NCBI GenBank assembly: GCA_024720975.1
Contig: JANJXX010000004.1
Location: forward strand, 1 to 64,000
From: Thermoproteota archaeon
GTDB lineage: Archaea > Asgardarchaeota > Njordarchaeia > Njordarchaeales > Panguiarchaeaceae
Length of the DNA: 64,000 nt
Direction: 5' to 3'
Shown: positions 20,917 through 30,711 of the stretch, one piece after another
How the letters are laid out: every line of letters starts with the position of its first letter
Position numbering within the stretch: position 1 is the stretch's first letter
The notes under the pieces: generated by a model
Told to the model about the DNA's origin: nothing
The model's database searches: none
Seen by the model: the letters and a program-made list of their open reading frames with translations, nothing else
Made by a program: the position numbers and the translations under genes

Positions 20917-20935
20917 GGTTTCTATAAGAGAAACC
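20917..20935. promoter_or_regulatory. Palindromic operator candidate between divergent moaD and aor
   Basis: GGTTTCT-N5-AGAAACC perfect 7-bp inverted repeat just upstream of an AT-rich TATA-like region of aor. Confidence 0.4.
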
Positions 20936-21001
20936 TGTATATACATCACATATATTAAGGAGATTTTTTGTATTACTAATGCACTCACCCTGGTTGAGAG
21001 A

Positions 21002-22891
21002 ATGCCCGGTGGATACATGGGTAAAATTCTGAGAGTAAACCTTACAAAGGGTAAAATAAAAGAGGAACGTCTCCCTGAAGATGTCCTACGAACGTGGATT
21101 GGAGGAAGAGGTCTTGGAGTTTACATAATGCTAAAGGAGGTCGATCCAAAAGTCGACCCATTTAGTCCCGATAACAAGATAATTATTCTCACGGGACCAC
21201 TAGTTGGTATTCCTGGTGTTCCATCCAGCGGTAGATGGGCTTCGGTAACGAAGTCTCCATTAACAAATACTATTCATGATTCCCAATGTGGAGGAAAATT
21301 CGGTCCTGAGCTCAAATTCGCTGGTGTGGATGCGATTATTATTGAGGGAGCTTCAAAAAAACCTGTCTATCTCTGGATTCATGATGGGAAGGCCGAGCTA
21401 AGAGACGCAAAGCACTTATGGGGCAAGGATACTCATGCAACAACAAATATAATTAAGGAAGAATTAAGCAAAGAGATTGGCGCCGATGAGGCTAAAAACA
21501 GCAAAGTATTATGCATAGGGCCTGCTGGAGAGAATCTGTCGAGAATTGCAGGTCTAATAAGCGACTATAATAGGGCAGCCGGAAGAGGTGGTCATGGAGC
21601 TGTCTTTGGCTCCAAAAAACTCAAGGCAATCGCAGTGAGAGGACATGCAAAAGTACCAATAGCAAACGAGGCTGCATTCAAAGATGCCGCGGCTAAAGTT
21701 ATGGAGAAAATTAAGAAGAGCCCCATAACGTCTGAAGCTCTACCTAAATTTGGAACTGCAGTGCTCGTAAATATTATTAATCAACATGGTATATACCCAA
21801 CACGAAACTTCCAAACTGGAGTATTTCCAGAGGCAGATAAAACAAGTGGAGAAACATTAGTTGCAACGATACTAGACAAGGAGCTTACTGCGGAGGAAAT
21901 CTGCTGGGGTTGTCCGATTGGTTGCGCGAGGGGAACAAGAATAACAACACCACCTTGGACTGGTGAAGGAGGAGGACCAGAATATGAGACAACATGGGCA
22001 TTTGGAGCGCAAACCGGCACGAGCGATTTAGCGGCAATATCTAAAGCAAATTATCTCTGCAATGAGCTGGGTCTAGATACTATATCGATGGGACATACAA
22101 TCGGTACTCTTATGGAGCTCGTAGAAAAAGGCAAAGTTCCTAAGGAAAAATTGAGAGGCTTACGTGTGACATGGGGAAGTCCTGAAGCTCTAGTGGAACT
22201 AACCTGGAGAACAGCCTATAGATCTGGTATAGGTGATGATTTAGCTGAGGGTGCTCTTAGGTTAGCACAAAAGTACGGAGCACCAGAGTTAGCGATGGTT
22301 GTGAGAGGACAGGAACTACCAGCATACGATCCTAGGGGAGCCCAAGGACATGGACTTGCTTACGCTACAAGTAACAGAGGCGGCTGCCATCTAAGGGCAT
22401 ATCTTATTGCTCCGGAGGTTTTAGGAGTTCCAGAACTTGTTGATCGGTTTAAGACTGAAGGGAAAGGACCCCTCGTCAAACACTTCCAGGATGTCTTCGC
22501 AACTATAGACTCGCTGGTAGTATGCGTCTTTACCTGCTTTGCCCTGTGGTCTGAGGACTATGCTGCTCTCCTCTCGGCTGTAACGGGTTGGAACTATACT
22601 GCCGCGGATATAGAAAAAATTGGAGAGCGCATCTATAATGCTGAGAGAGTATTCAATATACTAGCATTCGGTGATGGCCGACAGTACGATACACTACCAA
22701 AGAGACTTCTGGAAGAGCCTATGCCAGAAGGCCCAGCCAAAGGCCATGTCACGAGATTGGGAGAAATGCTAGATGAATATTATAAGGCACGTGGTTGGAT
22801 TGATGGACGTCCAACAAAAGCTAAATTGACCGAGTTGGGACTTGACTGGCTCATAACACCATTGGAAAAGAAAGGTCTACTACCAGGCTGA
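21002..22891 (+). CDS. aor: Tungsten-containing aldehyde:ferredoxin oxidoreductase
   Basis: GYMGKILRVNL, IGGRGLG, KSPLT, GRGGHGAVFGSK, CWGCPIGC, EYET, GLDTIS, YDPR, RGGCH. Start refined to ATG 21002. Confidence 0.95.
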   Translation: MPGGYMGKILRVNLTKGKIKEERLPEDVLRTWIGGRGLGVYIMLKEVDPKVDPFSPDNKIIILTGPLVGIPGVPSSGRWASVTKSPLTNTIHDSQCGGKFGPELKFAGVDAIIIEGASKKPVYLWIHDGKAELRDAKHLWGKDTHATTNIIKEELSKEIGADEAKNSKVLCIGPAGENLSRIAGLISDYNRAAGRGGHGAVFGSKKLKAIAVRGHAKVPIANEAAFKDAAAKVMEKIKKSPITSEALPKFGTAVLVNIINQHGIYPTRNFQTGVFPEADKTSGETLVATILDKELTAEEICWGCPIGCARGTRITTPPWTGEGGGPEYETTWAFGAQTGTSDLAAISKANYLCNELGLDTISMGHTIGTLMELVEKGKVPKEKLRGLRVTWGSPEALVELTWRTAYRSGIGDDLAEGALRLAQKYGAPELAMVVRGQELPAYDPRGAQGHGLAYATSNRGGCHLRAYLIAPEVLGVPELVDRFKTEGKGPLVKHFQDVFATIDSLVVCVFTCFALWSEDYAALLSAVTGWNYTAADIEKIGERIYNAERVFNILAFGDGRQYDTLPKRLLEEPMPEGPAKGHVTRLGEMLDEYYKARGWIDGRPTKAKLTELGLDWLITPLEKKGLLPG

Positions 22892-23043
22892 ATTCTCCCT
22901 CTTTCTCATTTTTATCCTCGAAATAACCCTACTAAATGAAGTTCTAACTATGCAGAAGTCACCTAATACATTAAAAGAGCTGCTGGGATTTTTATCTCTT
23001 TATCTAGTATTAATTGCACATTTAATACAAGAAGATACTGGGT

Positions 23044-23093
23044 ATGATGAGAAGGAGAAGTACCGAAGAGCTGAGGAGGGCTCTACGGTCTGA
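23044..23093 (+). ncRNA. C/D box guide sRNA
   Basis: C box ATGATGA (23044-50), 12-nt guide, D' CCGA (23063-66), C' CTGAGGA (23071-77), 12-nt guide, D box CTGA (23090-93). Intergenic, canonical 50-nt archaeal geometry. Confidence 0.75.
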
Positions 23094-23113
23094 TGATAAT
23101 TTCTTAGTGCTCG

Positions 23114-23989
23114 CTAGAAGAGCCTCTTTATCACTAAACTACCCTGTCGCACGCCCAATGATTGTGCTATTGGCTCACACTTGGCCTTTAAGAGAACATA
23201 AACAGGTTTCTCCAGTTTATACTCGGTCAATGTTTCATAGGCTCCCATGCCTTTTGCAATCACCAAATCACTATCACTTAATGTCTCCTTAAACTTCTCT
23301 GTCGAATACTCTAGCACAACTCCAACAAGATCTCCTACCGGGACTAATTCCGCAACCTCCTCAAATCCTAATGACTTGGCCTCCTCAACAGTTATGTCAT
23401 TTAGAACTGGTGATGCCCTAGCACCGACGTATATCTTATTAGAGAACTTGCTTAAATATCTTACCGCATACAGATCTATAACCGCCTCTCCTGCATTATC
23501 TAGGATGTACAAAATACGATTTGCCTTACTCACTGAATTGTATAATTCCTTGCTATCGTCTATAGCTAAATTATTTATGCTTGTAGTTAACTCATTCTCA
23601 AAAGTCTCTAGCGAGAACTCATACCCTTTTACAAACCACTCAACGGCATTTGCGGCAGCGGCTAGGATCATTATTCTTCTGAAGTTTTCGTATGTCAAAT
23701 CATCTAAACTGACTGAGGAGAATACCTTTTGGGCAACTTCCTGCGCGACTTTATTACTTTCCTCTTTAAGTGTCCTGTATGGATCCTTAACGCCAGTTTT
23801 TTCCGCAATGATCCTCTCTCGCTTAGTACCAAGGATTGCAGGAATACTCTGCTGTGTGAATTCCTCCACTAGCATGTTTGCAACTTGCCTTAGAGCTTCT
23901 ATTACTACTCTCTCGTCTTCTGACAACAACTGCAGAATTCTTAGAGCTCTTTCGAGCAAGCATACAAAGCATGATGCTTTAACTTTCAA
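23114..23989 (-). CDS. DUF89/ARMT1-like damage-control phosphatase
   Basis: CxxC, DPY, DNAGE, PVLND, AKGMG, LLKAKC. Confidence 0.9.
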   Translation of the reverse strand: MKVKASCFVCLLERALRILQLLSEDERVVIEALRQVANMLVEEFTQQSIPAILGTKRERIIAEKTGVKDPYRTLKEESNKVAQEVAQKVFSSVSLDDLTYENFRRIMILAAAANAVEWFVKGYEFSLETFENELTTSINNLAIDDSKELYNSVSKANRILYILDNAGEAVIDLYAVRYLSKFSNKIYVGARASPVLNDITVEEAKSLGFEEVAELVPVGDLVGVVLEYSTEKFKETLSDSDLVIAKGMGAYETLTEYKLEKPVYVLLKAKCEPIAQSLGVRQGSLVIKRLF

Positions 23990-24054
23990 TGACTTACACC
24001 AGTAATACTCAACCTCTAATAACTAATTTCACTGAATTAACTGGTGGATCCTTT

Positions 24055-24270
24055 ATGAGCAAAAAAGGACTACCACAAGCTTCGATAAGGCTTATGGGCG
24101 ATAAGGAACTAGTAGCAAAGTTAGTTCCGGTAATATTGAAAGCCTTAGAAAGCAGCGGCTTTGATTTCACAGCCCCACGAGAGTATCCTATGTATAAGGA
24201 TAAGAAGAAAAGAAAGGAAATAGATCCAAATAGGAGTAGGATCTATATGACGGTTTATGGCAGCGTCTAG
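24055..24270 (+). CDS. Small hypothetical protein (71 aa)
   Basis: ATG after GGTGG SD; IRLMG...RIY pattern; fills the gap between flanking genes. Confidence 0.6.
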   Translation: MSKKGLPQASIRLMGDKELVAKLVPVILKALESSGFDFTAPREYPMYKDKKKRKEIDPNRSRIYMTVYGSV

Positions 24271-25877
24271 AGATACTCAGTTGCCTCCATTCTTCCAAGG
24301 TACATACCGGCCAACTTAAAGAGTTTTCTTCTTGCAAAGAAGCTTCCCACAAGAGCTCCCACGCTGGCGATAATGATGTAGGTAAAATATTCAAGTGCGG
24401 GCAGTATGACAAATCCTATGAAAGAATTAATGATAATTATGACGAATAACATCGCTATTACAACGATTGTGCCGGTCCATTTGAGTGCTCTTCTAGGGTT
24501 GTCTGCCTTATAGTCAGTCCATCTAACGACTATGTTAACGGTAAGACCTGTCGTTATGAGTGCTATAATTACCACGTAAAGTATGATGATGGAAGCTATT
24601 TGCATACCCAGAGACATTATACTCATAGGTATTAGTAGCACTATTGTTATTCCGACTATTATGTCAGAGACCAAAGATTTAGCTCTGATAATTTTTGTTG
24701 GATCAATTGGACTTGAAAGTAGTAATGCTAAATTCTTCCTTTCCATGGCCATGGCGGTGGATATAATTGTCATTGGTGAAATTACAGATATCGCTGATGA
24801 TATCACTAAAAACATGTAAGCTCTCATGAACTGAAGCATCTCTGGTGTCACATTCCCATCAACGCTAATGTTAGAATACATCAGCAGCATGAAGATGAAT
24901 ATTACATATGTGAATATTATAGATGATACCACCGCTGGCTCACGGGTAATCATACGCAACTCTTTTCTAAATAATCCTCTAACTTCTTGACCATACAATC
25001 TACATATAAGCCCCTTTCTGGGAGTATACTTTACGATAATGCGCTCCTCAGGACTCTTTATTGCTCCAGTTATATATTTTCTCTGCAAAATTGACGATGT
25101 TCCTTCTATTAGACTCACTGAGAGTCCTAGTGATAGCGCTAGCAGAACGTATTCTGTAGGATTTGTTGCCAGGTACAACGGACTTGAGTACCATCGGAAA
25201 GGTGATATCACGCTTGATAGGATTTTAGAGAAGTGCTGAAGGGCGCTTAAAGTTGTAGGTTCGAAGCTAAGTACAGACACATAGACAAACCCAGCAAAAA
25301 TTGCAAGCGTACTCCAAATCACAAGTTTTTGTCTTATTGAGAGCTTAACGTAAAATACACCTAGAGCCGCCCCAACTGACGCAAATGCTATAATTCCAAT
25401 TAATAAGTTTATGCTGAAGAGTATTACCTGCAGTATACTAAAGCCTGCTGCTAAGAGAATTTCTATTATTGGAGGGTATGCAATTATCATTATGAGCAGA
25501 GTAACAGCGAGGCTATTATTTATTAAAACCGTTCTGAAGACATCCTTTGGATTCGTAGGAGAACTTAATAGCAGGTTTATTATCGCTCTTTGTCCTTTCC
25601 TAACAGACGTTATTATTGAGAATCCGCCACTTAAAGCAAAAATCATTAAAGTAAAGATTAAGATTTGTATTCCAGTTCTTATTTCTTCCTGGAATTCCTG
25701 TAACACTTCCTTAACTTCTGGTATACTAAGAACTGCATGAGTCACCAGTACATATAAAACTAGAAGGACTAAGCCTATGATAAAACCAGCTACCCGTGAA
25801 GACTTCGCTCTGATATATCCTAAAAAGCTTTTAAGGTCGTACTTAAGTACAGTCTTATATACCTCTAGAGCGCCCAA
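24267..25877 (-). CDS. ABC-2-type exporter permease
   Basis: About 12-13 TM, duplicated LLLSSP motif, KELR..RE; overlaps the ATPase gene. Confidence 0.85.
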   Translation of the reverse strand: MGALEVYKTVLKYDLKSFLGYIRAKSSRVAGFIIGLVLLVLYVLVTHAVLSIPEVKEVLQEFQEEIRTGIQILIFTLMIFALSGGFSIITSVRKGQRAIINLLLSSPTNPKDVFRTVLINNSLAVTLLIMIIAYPPIIEILLAAGFSILQVILFSINLLIGIIAFASVGAALGVFYVKLSIRQKLVIWSTLAIFAGFVYVSVLSFEPTTLSALQHFSKILSSVISPFRWYSSPLYLATNPTEYVLLALSLGLSVSLIEGTSSILQRKYITGAIKSPEERIIVKYTPRKGLICRLYGQEVRGLFRKELRMITREPAVVSSIIFTYVIFIFMLLMYSNISVDGNVTPEMLQFMRAYMFLVISSAISVISPMTIISTAMAMERKNLALLLSSPIDPTKIIRAKSLVSDIIVGITIVLLIPMSIMSLGMQIASIIILYVVIIALITTGLTVNIVVRWTDYKADNPRRALKWTGTIVVIAMLFVIIIINSFIGFVILPALEYFTYIIIASVGALVGSFFARRKLFKLAGMYLGRMEATEYL

Positions 25878-26670
25878 TTTTCTCCCTCATCCTAAGGAAT
25901 TCCATTATGGTTTCGTATTCTGGACCACCAGTAAGCTCGAAATATAAGTCTCTAAGTCTGCCACCTTCAGCTGTTTCAGCTCTTATATCTCTAGGAGAAC
26001 CCTCCCATATTTTCCGCCCTTTGTGAATAATTACTATGCGATCAGCTAGAACCTCCGCAACTTCTAGTATGTGAGTAGTAAACAGTGTTGCAACTCCTTG
26101 TTTCTTCAGACCGGTTAGAATTACCTCTAGTGATGCGATACTCTTTGGATCAAGATTAGCTGTTATTTCATCAATTATGAGTAATTGAGGATGGTGTATT
26201 AGGGCCATTATTATGGCTAATTTTCTCTTCATGCCTGCCGAATATGTTGACACTGGTTGATACAATGCCTGCCCCATTTCCAGGATCTGAACTAGTCTCA
26301 TAAGCTCATCTTCATGCTCTCTTAGATCGAGCCGCCAGAGGTCAGCAACTAAACTTATGTTCTCAAAGCCCGAAAGATTTTCATAAACATAAGCCTCTTC
26401 CGGAACGAACCCAATGTATTTTTTAGCCTTTATTGGCTCTTTGGTTATACTATTTCCGAATATGTAAACATCACCCTCCGTAGGTCTGAGTATACCAGTG
26501 GAGATCCTCATTAATGTCGTTTTACCACTACCATTTGGACCAAGTAGGGCGACTATTTCGCCTTCATTTACTCTCATATCAAAGTTGACAACAGCAGAAG
26601 TTCCGTCATAAACCTTCGTCACTCTATCAAACACAAGCGCTACCACTTTAGACACCAATAGTGGTCTCAT
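25855..26670 (-). CDS. ABC transporter ATP-binding protein
   Basis: GPNGSGKTT, YSAGM, IIDE, TTH. Confidence 0.93.
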   Translation of the reverse strand: MRPLLVSKVVALVFDRVTKVYDGTSAVVNFDMRVNEGEIVALLGPNGSGKTTLMRISTGILRPTEGDVYIFGNSITKEPIKAKKYIGFVPEEAYVYENLSGFENISLVADLWRLDLREHEDELMRLVQILEMGQALYQPVSTYSAGMKRKLAIIMALIHHPQLLIIDEITANLDPKSIASLEVILTGLKKQGVATLFTTHILEVAEVLADRIVIIHKGRKIWEGSPRDIRAETAEGGRLRDLYFELTGGPEYETIMEFLRMREKIGRSRGI

Positions 26671-26838
26671 AATAGCTTCAATGTATTGACTGCATTTAAA
26701 AGCCTATCATAGAACTACGGTTCGAAAGGTTCTGAAAGGAATTTTGGATAGAACCATCAATGCAATTCATTATTCAAGGACAGTAAGTTAATTAGCGAGG
26801 TATACGGAATGTATGGGCATATGTTCAAAAATAGTTAT

Positions 26839-27597
26839 TTAAGTCCCAGTGATCTCAGTTTGTTGTTGATATTTTGATTTTCTGTACCATCCTTTGATTA
26901 TGAACCATAATATTGCAGATGCCACTGAAATCCATATGAATATCTCGAGCTTTGTGAACCACTCTCTAATAAGAACATAGTTCTCTCCAAGTTTTACACC
27001 CATGAAGATTAATATGAAACTCCATATGAGACTTCCGGTGAAGGTCAATAATGTAAACTTTGCTATGTTCATTCTTCCGAGGCCTGCTGGTACTGATATC
27101 AACTCTCGATATCCTGGAATCATCCTACCTACTAGAACTGCTACCTCTCCATACTTACTGAAGAATCTTTCAGACACTTCTAGATGCCTTTCGTTGAGTA
27201 GGAAATATTTTCCATATTTCATTATGAATGGTCTCCCGAGGTACATACTAGCCAAATATATTAGTAGCATTCCAAGAACGTTGCCTAAGGTTGCTGCTAG
27301 TATTGAATAATAGAAGACCATTTTGCCTCTAGCCACAAGAAAACCAACGAATGGTAGGACTAGTTCCCCTGGGATTACTGGGTATATTATCTCTATGAAT
27401 GCTAATAAGAACACTCCCAAATATCCAAGGTTACTGATCAAATTAACTACAAATCGCATGACCTCTATGAACACTCCGCCGCTTGGAGTACTCAGTTGAA
27501 ATGCAGAATTAATGATTACTCCTAAGACTATAGGACCGAAGACCATTGCTGAGAATAATTTATCTATGTGATCCATAATCTTCCCCTGAGTGAGCAC
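26839..27597 (-). CDS. DedA family membrane protein
   Basis: PGELVLPFVG, FFSKYG, GRMIPGYR, SVPAG. Confidence 0.9.
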   Translation of the reverse strand: MLTQGKIMDHIDKLFSAMVFGPIVLGVIINSAFQLSTPSGGVFIEVMRFVVNLISNLGYLGVFLLAFIEIIYPVIPGELVLPFVGFLVARGKMVFYYSILAATLGNVLGMLLIYLASMYLGRPFIMKYGKYFLLNERHLEVSERFFSKYGEVAVLVGRMIPGYRELISVPAGLGRMNIAKFTLLTFTGSLIWSFILIFMGVKLGENYVLIREWFTKLEIFIWISVASAILWFIIKGWYRKSKYQQQTEITGT

Positions 27598-27716
27598 GCG
27601 ATCTTGTTAAGAGGTTCACTAAGACACAATGATGCAAATAATCCTTAAAGCTTTAAAAAAGCTGTCACTGCCTCTTTTTGATGAATATTTTAACCATTAA
27701 TAAATGATGTTAGTAG

Positions 27717-29426
27717 GTGGCATTCTTGCTCTTTAAGCGACTTATTCCGGTTGAGGAGGCTCAAAACATTCTTATCTCCCATACAAGGAGAATCACGGAT
27801 GTTGAGGAAGTGGAGCTTGACAACGCATTAAATCGCGTAGCTGCCTCGGATATTTATGCTGAAGTAAATGTTCCCAATTTCGACAGAGCAACACTAGATG
27901 GTTATGCTATCATTGCTGAGGACGTATACAATGCATCAGAAGGAAACCCAGTTAGACTTCTCTTAAAGGGTTACATAAAAGCTGGTACCTATCCTCGAAA
28001 CTGTCTATCACATAATGAAGCTTTTAGAGTTGATACTGGAGCGCCCCTGCCAAAAGGAGCTAATACAGTTGTACCAATCGAATATACGAGCGAGGAGGGA
28101 GGTTATGTACTTGTTTTTCGTAGAGTTCCTCCTTGGGCTAACATTCAGTGGGCTGGGGAGGATATTGCTCGAGGGGAGATAATAGTTCAGAGGGGAACAA
28201 TTATAACACCTCGTCATGTGGGAGCACTGGCTGGTACTGGATATCATAAGGTTAAGGTTGTAAGAAAACCCAGAGTTGCAGTATTCTCAATTGGAGATGA
28301 GTTAATCACAACAGGCTCTGAATTATCGCCAGGTAAAATATATGACATCAATATTCACACAATTGCATCCTTAGTTAGGGAAAACTTCGGTGAGCCCGTT
28401 ATACTAGGTATAGCAAGAGATTCCCCTGATTCAATACTTGAAAAACTAGAAGCTGGATTAAAAATTGCCGACATCGTGGTGTCAACGGGAGGATCATCTG
28501 TTGGTCAGGCAGATTTTGTCCGCATGGCTGCGGAGAATCTTGGCGCTGAGATACTTTTCCATGGTGTTATGAGCAAACCTGGAAAGCCCGTTTTTGGTAG
28601 TAAAATTGGAGACAAGCTCTATATAGGTTTGCCCGGAAATCCTACCTCCGCTATTGTAAGCTTTATGCTTTACGTAAGACAAGTCATTCTAAAGATGCTT
28701 GGTGTAATACCCATACAAAGACTTCCAGCCAAAGTAAAGTTGAGAAGGAGAGAGTATGGCGAGAAAGGAAGAAGACTTTACAAAGCTGCCGCAATCAAGA
28801 GACTTTCTAATGAATTCCTATATGAATCTCTCCCGGCATCCTCCGAGTCAATTTCAACACTTTCAAAAGCTGATGCATATTTCATTATAGGTGAAGATGT
28901 AGAGTTTCTCGACGCAGGAACGCAGTTAGATCTAACGCCTTTCGATGCCAATTCCCAGCCTGCTGATATCTTCATAATTGGTGAGTTCTCACCGGCGATT
29001 TTAAGGACCATTTTCTCAACACTTGGCGATAGATATGCAATCAGATATATCAAGAGGAGTCACGAGGCTACAATAATGGCGATAAAGGATGGTATTGCTG
29101 ATATTGCTATACTTAGGAGTGAGCTAGAGGGATCTATAAAAGTAATCCGCGAGCTAGCTATAGCTGGTGACAAATCAAAAGGTGATGTTGTAACTGCTTT
29201 GAAAGACATTGAAGGCGTAGAGATTACACTAGTTGGTTCACATCACTCAGCAATATTAAGATATCTCAACAATTTGGCAGCCGCTGTTGTTGCACCAAAA
29301 GAGTTTCTAGAGCTTTATGGTATTAAAGACTACTCTATTATTGGATACGAGAACATCTTTGTATATGTTTCTGGGGACCTTAAAGAAATCGTTAAGGATG
29401 CAATAGAGAAACTTGGCAATATCTAG
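27717..29426 (+). CDS. moeA: MoeA2-type protein with degenerate C-terminal PBP-like domain
   Basis: PNFDRATLDGYA, GKIYDIN, STGGSS, KPGKP, GLPGNPTS; about 160-aa C-terminal extension (AIKDGIADIAI). Confidence 0.88.
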   Translation: MAFLLFKRLIPVEEAQNILISHTRRITDVEEVELDNALNRVAASDIYAEVNVPNFDRATLDGYAIIAEDVYNASEGNPVRLLLKGYIKAGTYPRNCLSHNEAFRVDTGAPLPKGANTVVPIEYTSEEGGYVLVFRRVPPWANIQWAGEDIARGEIIVQRGTIITPRHVGALAGTGYHKVKVVRKPRVAVFSIGDELITTGSELSPGKIYDINIHTIASLVRENFGEPVILGIARDSPDSILEKLEAGLKIADIVVSTGGSSVGQADFVRMAAENLGAEILFHGVMSKPGKPVFGSKIGDKLYIGLPGNPTSAIVSFMLYVRQVILKMLGVIPIQRLPAKVKLRRREYGEKGRRLYKAAAIKRLSNEFLYESLPASSESISTLSKADAYFIIGEDVEFLDAGTQLDLTPFDANSQPADIFIIGEFSPAILRTIFSTLGDRYAIRYIKRSHEATIMAIKDGIADIAILRSELEGSIKVIRELAIAGDKSKGDVVTALKDIEGVEITLVGSHHSAILRYLNNLAAAVVAPKEFLELYGIKDYSIIGYENIFVYVSGDLKEIVKDAIEKLGNI

Positions 29427-29444
29427 CTAATATCCTCTTGTTGC

Positions 29445-30647
29445 CTATGTCAATACATTAACGCCGTATCTCCTGAGTTCTGCTATCTGCTCTACTGGTA
29501 CATCACATTCACGAACGCTGACAAGTTTAAGCTTCCTATAACGCGCTGCTAGTCTTATTAGTGGACCTAAATCCCGCACTAAAGTACCGTCAAGATATAG
29601 TCTCTCGAGAGATTTTAATTCTTCTACTGCGGAAATTTCATGCACAAAGCAACCACTCATATCCAGAACTTTGAGGTTTTTCATTCGAGTCAGAACTGAT
29701 ATATCATTAATTAATGTATTACTAATATCAAGCAGCTCTAAGTTCAAAAGGTCCTCTATTTCGCATAGGGTACTTACCCTTGTATTAGATAAATTCAGCA
29801 CTCTCAATAACTTGAGGCCTCTTAAGAATTTAATACAATCAATCTCCGTGTTTCCAATGTCTAACACTTCAAGACGCTTGAGATGACCTATGGACTCCGG
29901 ATCATGTACTTTAGTAGTATTAAGATTTAGTTCTACGAGAGACTTCATGTTTTTGACGAAACTTATGTTTGAAACATGCGTAAAGTCCAGATGCAATACT
30001 TCTAAAACTCTGAGGGAGGATAATGCCTCGCACTCATAAATATCCGCCGCACTAAGTATTAGGCGCCTTAAACTCCTAAGCCGAGTGAGAAGTTTACAAT
30101 CATGGAATTGAGTCTTGCCCAGGTTAAGGCTTTCTAGTTTCTTCAATTTAGACAGAACTTGAAAGTTATCAACGGTTCTAACGTACCAGAGACTTAGCAC
30201 TCTCAAATTCTTTAGATTACCTAATGGAGTTATATCCTTCACATAGGTTTTATCTAATATTAGCTCCTCAAGTCTGCTGAGATAGGATAATTCTTCTATA
30301 CTATCGATATTTATACATCCCCGTAATGAAAGTCTTCGGAGATTCTTAAGGTGCTTTATGGGTGTTAAATCATTTATTCTAGTGTATGATAGATCCAACT
30401 CAGTGAGATTTTCGAGTAATTTTAATGGCTCTAAAGTTTCTATGAACTTGCAGTTATAGAGAGACAACTTCCTCAAATCTTTAAACTTCGAAACTAACTG
30501 CAAGTCCTTTATTCGAGTGTCACTCAAATCTAAGCAAACAATTTTACCCCGTTCTGTTTCATAGTAGACACTTTTTCCGAGTTCCTTAGAGATCCCCTCT
30601 ATACTTTCAATCTCATAGAGTTCTTTGTCCAAAGACGACACCGCCAC
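29445..30647 (-). CDS. Leucine-rich repeat protein (about 15 repeats of about 22 aa, internalin/SDS22-like)
   Basis: Repeated LxxLxLxxTxI/VxDI/LxPLxxL units. Confidence 0.92.
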   Translation of the reverse strand: MAVSSLDKELYEIESIEGISKELGKSVYYETERGKIVCLDLSDTRIKDLQLVSKFKDLRKLSLYNCKFIETLEPLKLLENLTELDLSYTRINDLTPIKHLKNLRRLSLRGCINIDSIEELSYLSRLEELILDKTYVKDITPLGNLKNLRVLSLWYVRTVDNFQVLSKLKKLESLNLGKTQFHDCKLLTRLRSLRRLILSAADIYECEALSSLRVLEVLHLDFTHVSNISFVKNMKSLVELNLNTTKVHDPESIGHLKRLEVLDIGNTEIDCIKFLRGLKLLRVLNLSNTRVSTLCEIEDLLNLELLDISNTLINDISVLTRMKNLKVLDMSGCFVHEISAVEELKSLERLYLDGTLVRDLGPLIRLAARYRKLKLVSVRECDVPVEQIAELRRYGVNVLT

Positions 30648-30711
30648 TATTTATAACTGAAATTTTTGCTATTATCTTGAAACATCCCCCATCAATCCTA
30701 GGTGATAATAT

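Noticed and set aside
20903-21001. N-terminal extension of AOR in the ORF track
   Set aside because: AOR homology begins at MPGGYMGK (21002); the upstream part contains promoter-like elements.
23044-23292. 82-aa ORF
   Set aside because: Better explained by the C/D sRNA plus the antisense of the DUF89 gene.
23247-24005. Long antisense ORFs (also 15225-15698, 52746-53258, 31350-31784, 60388-60786 and similar)
   Set aside because: They shadow well-supported genes on the opposite strand and have Ser/Ile-rich antisense composition with no motifs.
26728-26756. GGTTCT...AGAACC short inverted repeat, with GATAGAACCAT also at about 34621
   Set aside because: Could be IS-end scars but too short to distinguish from chance.
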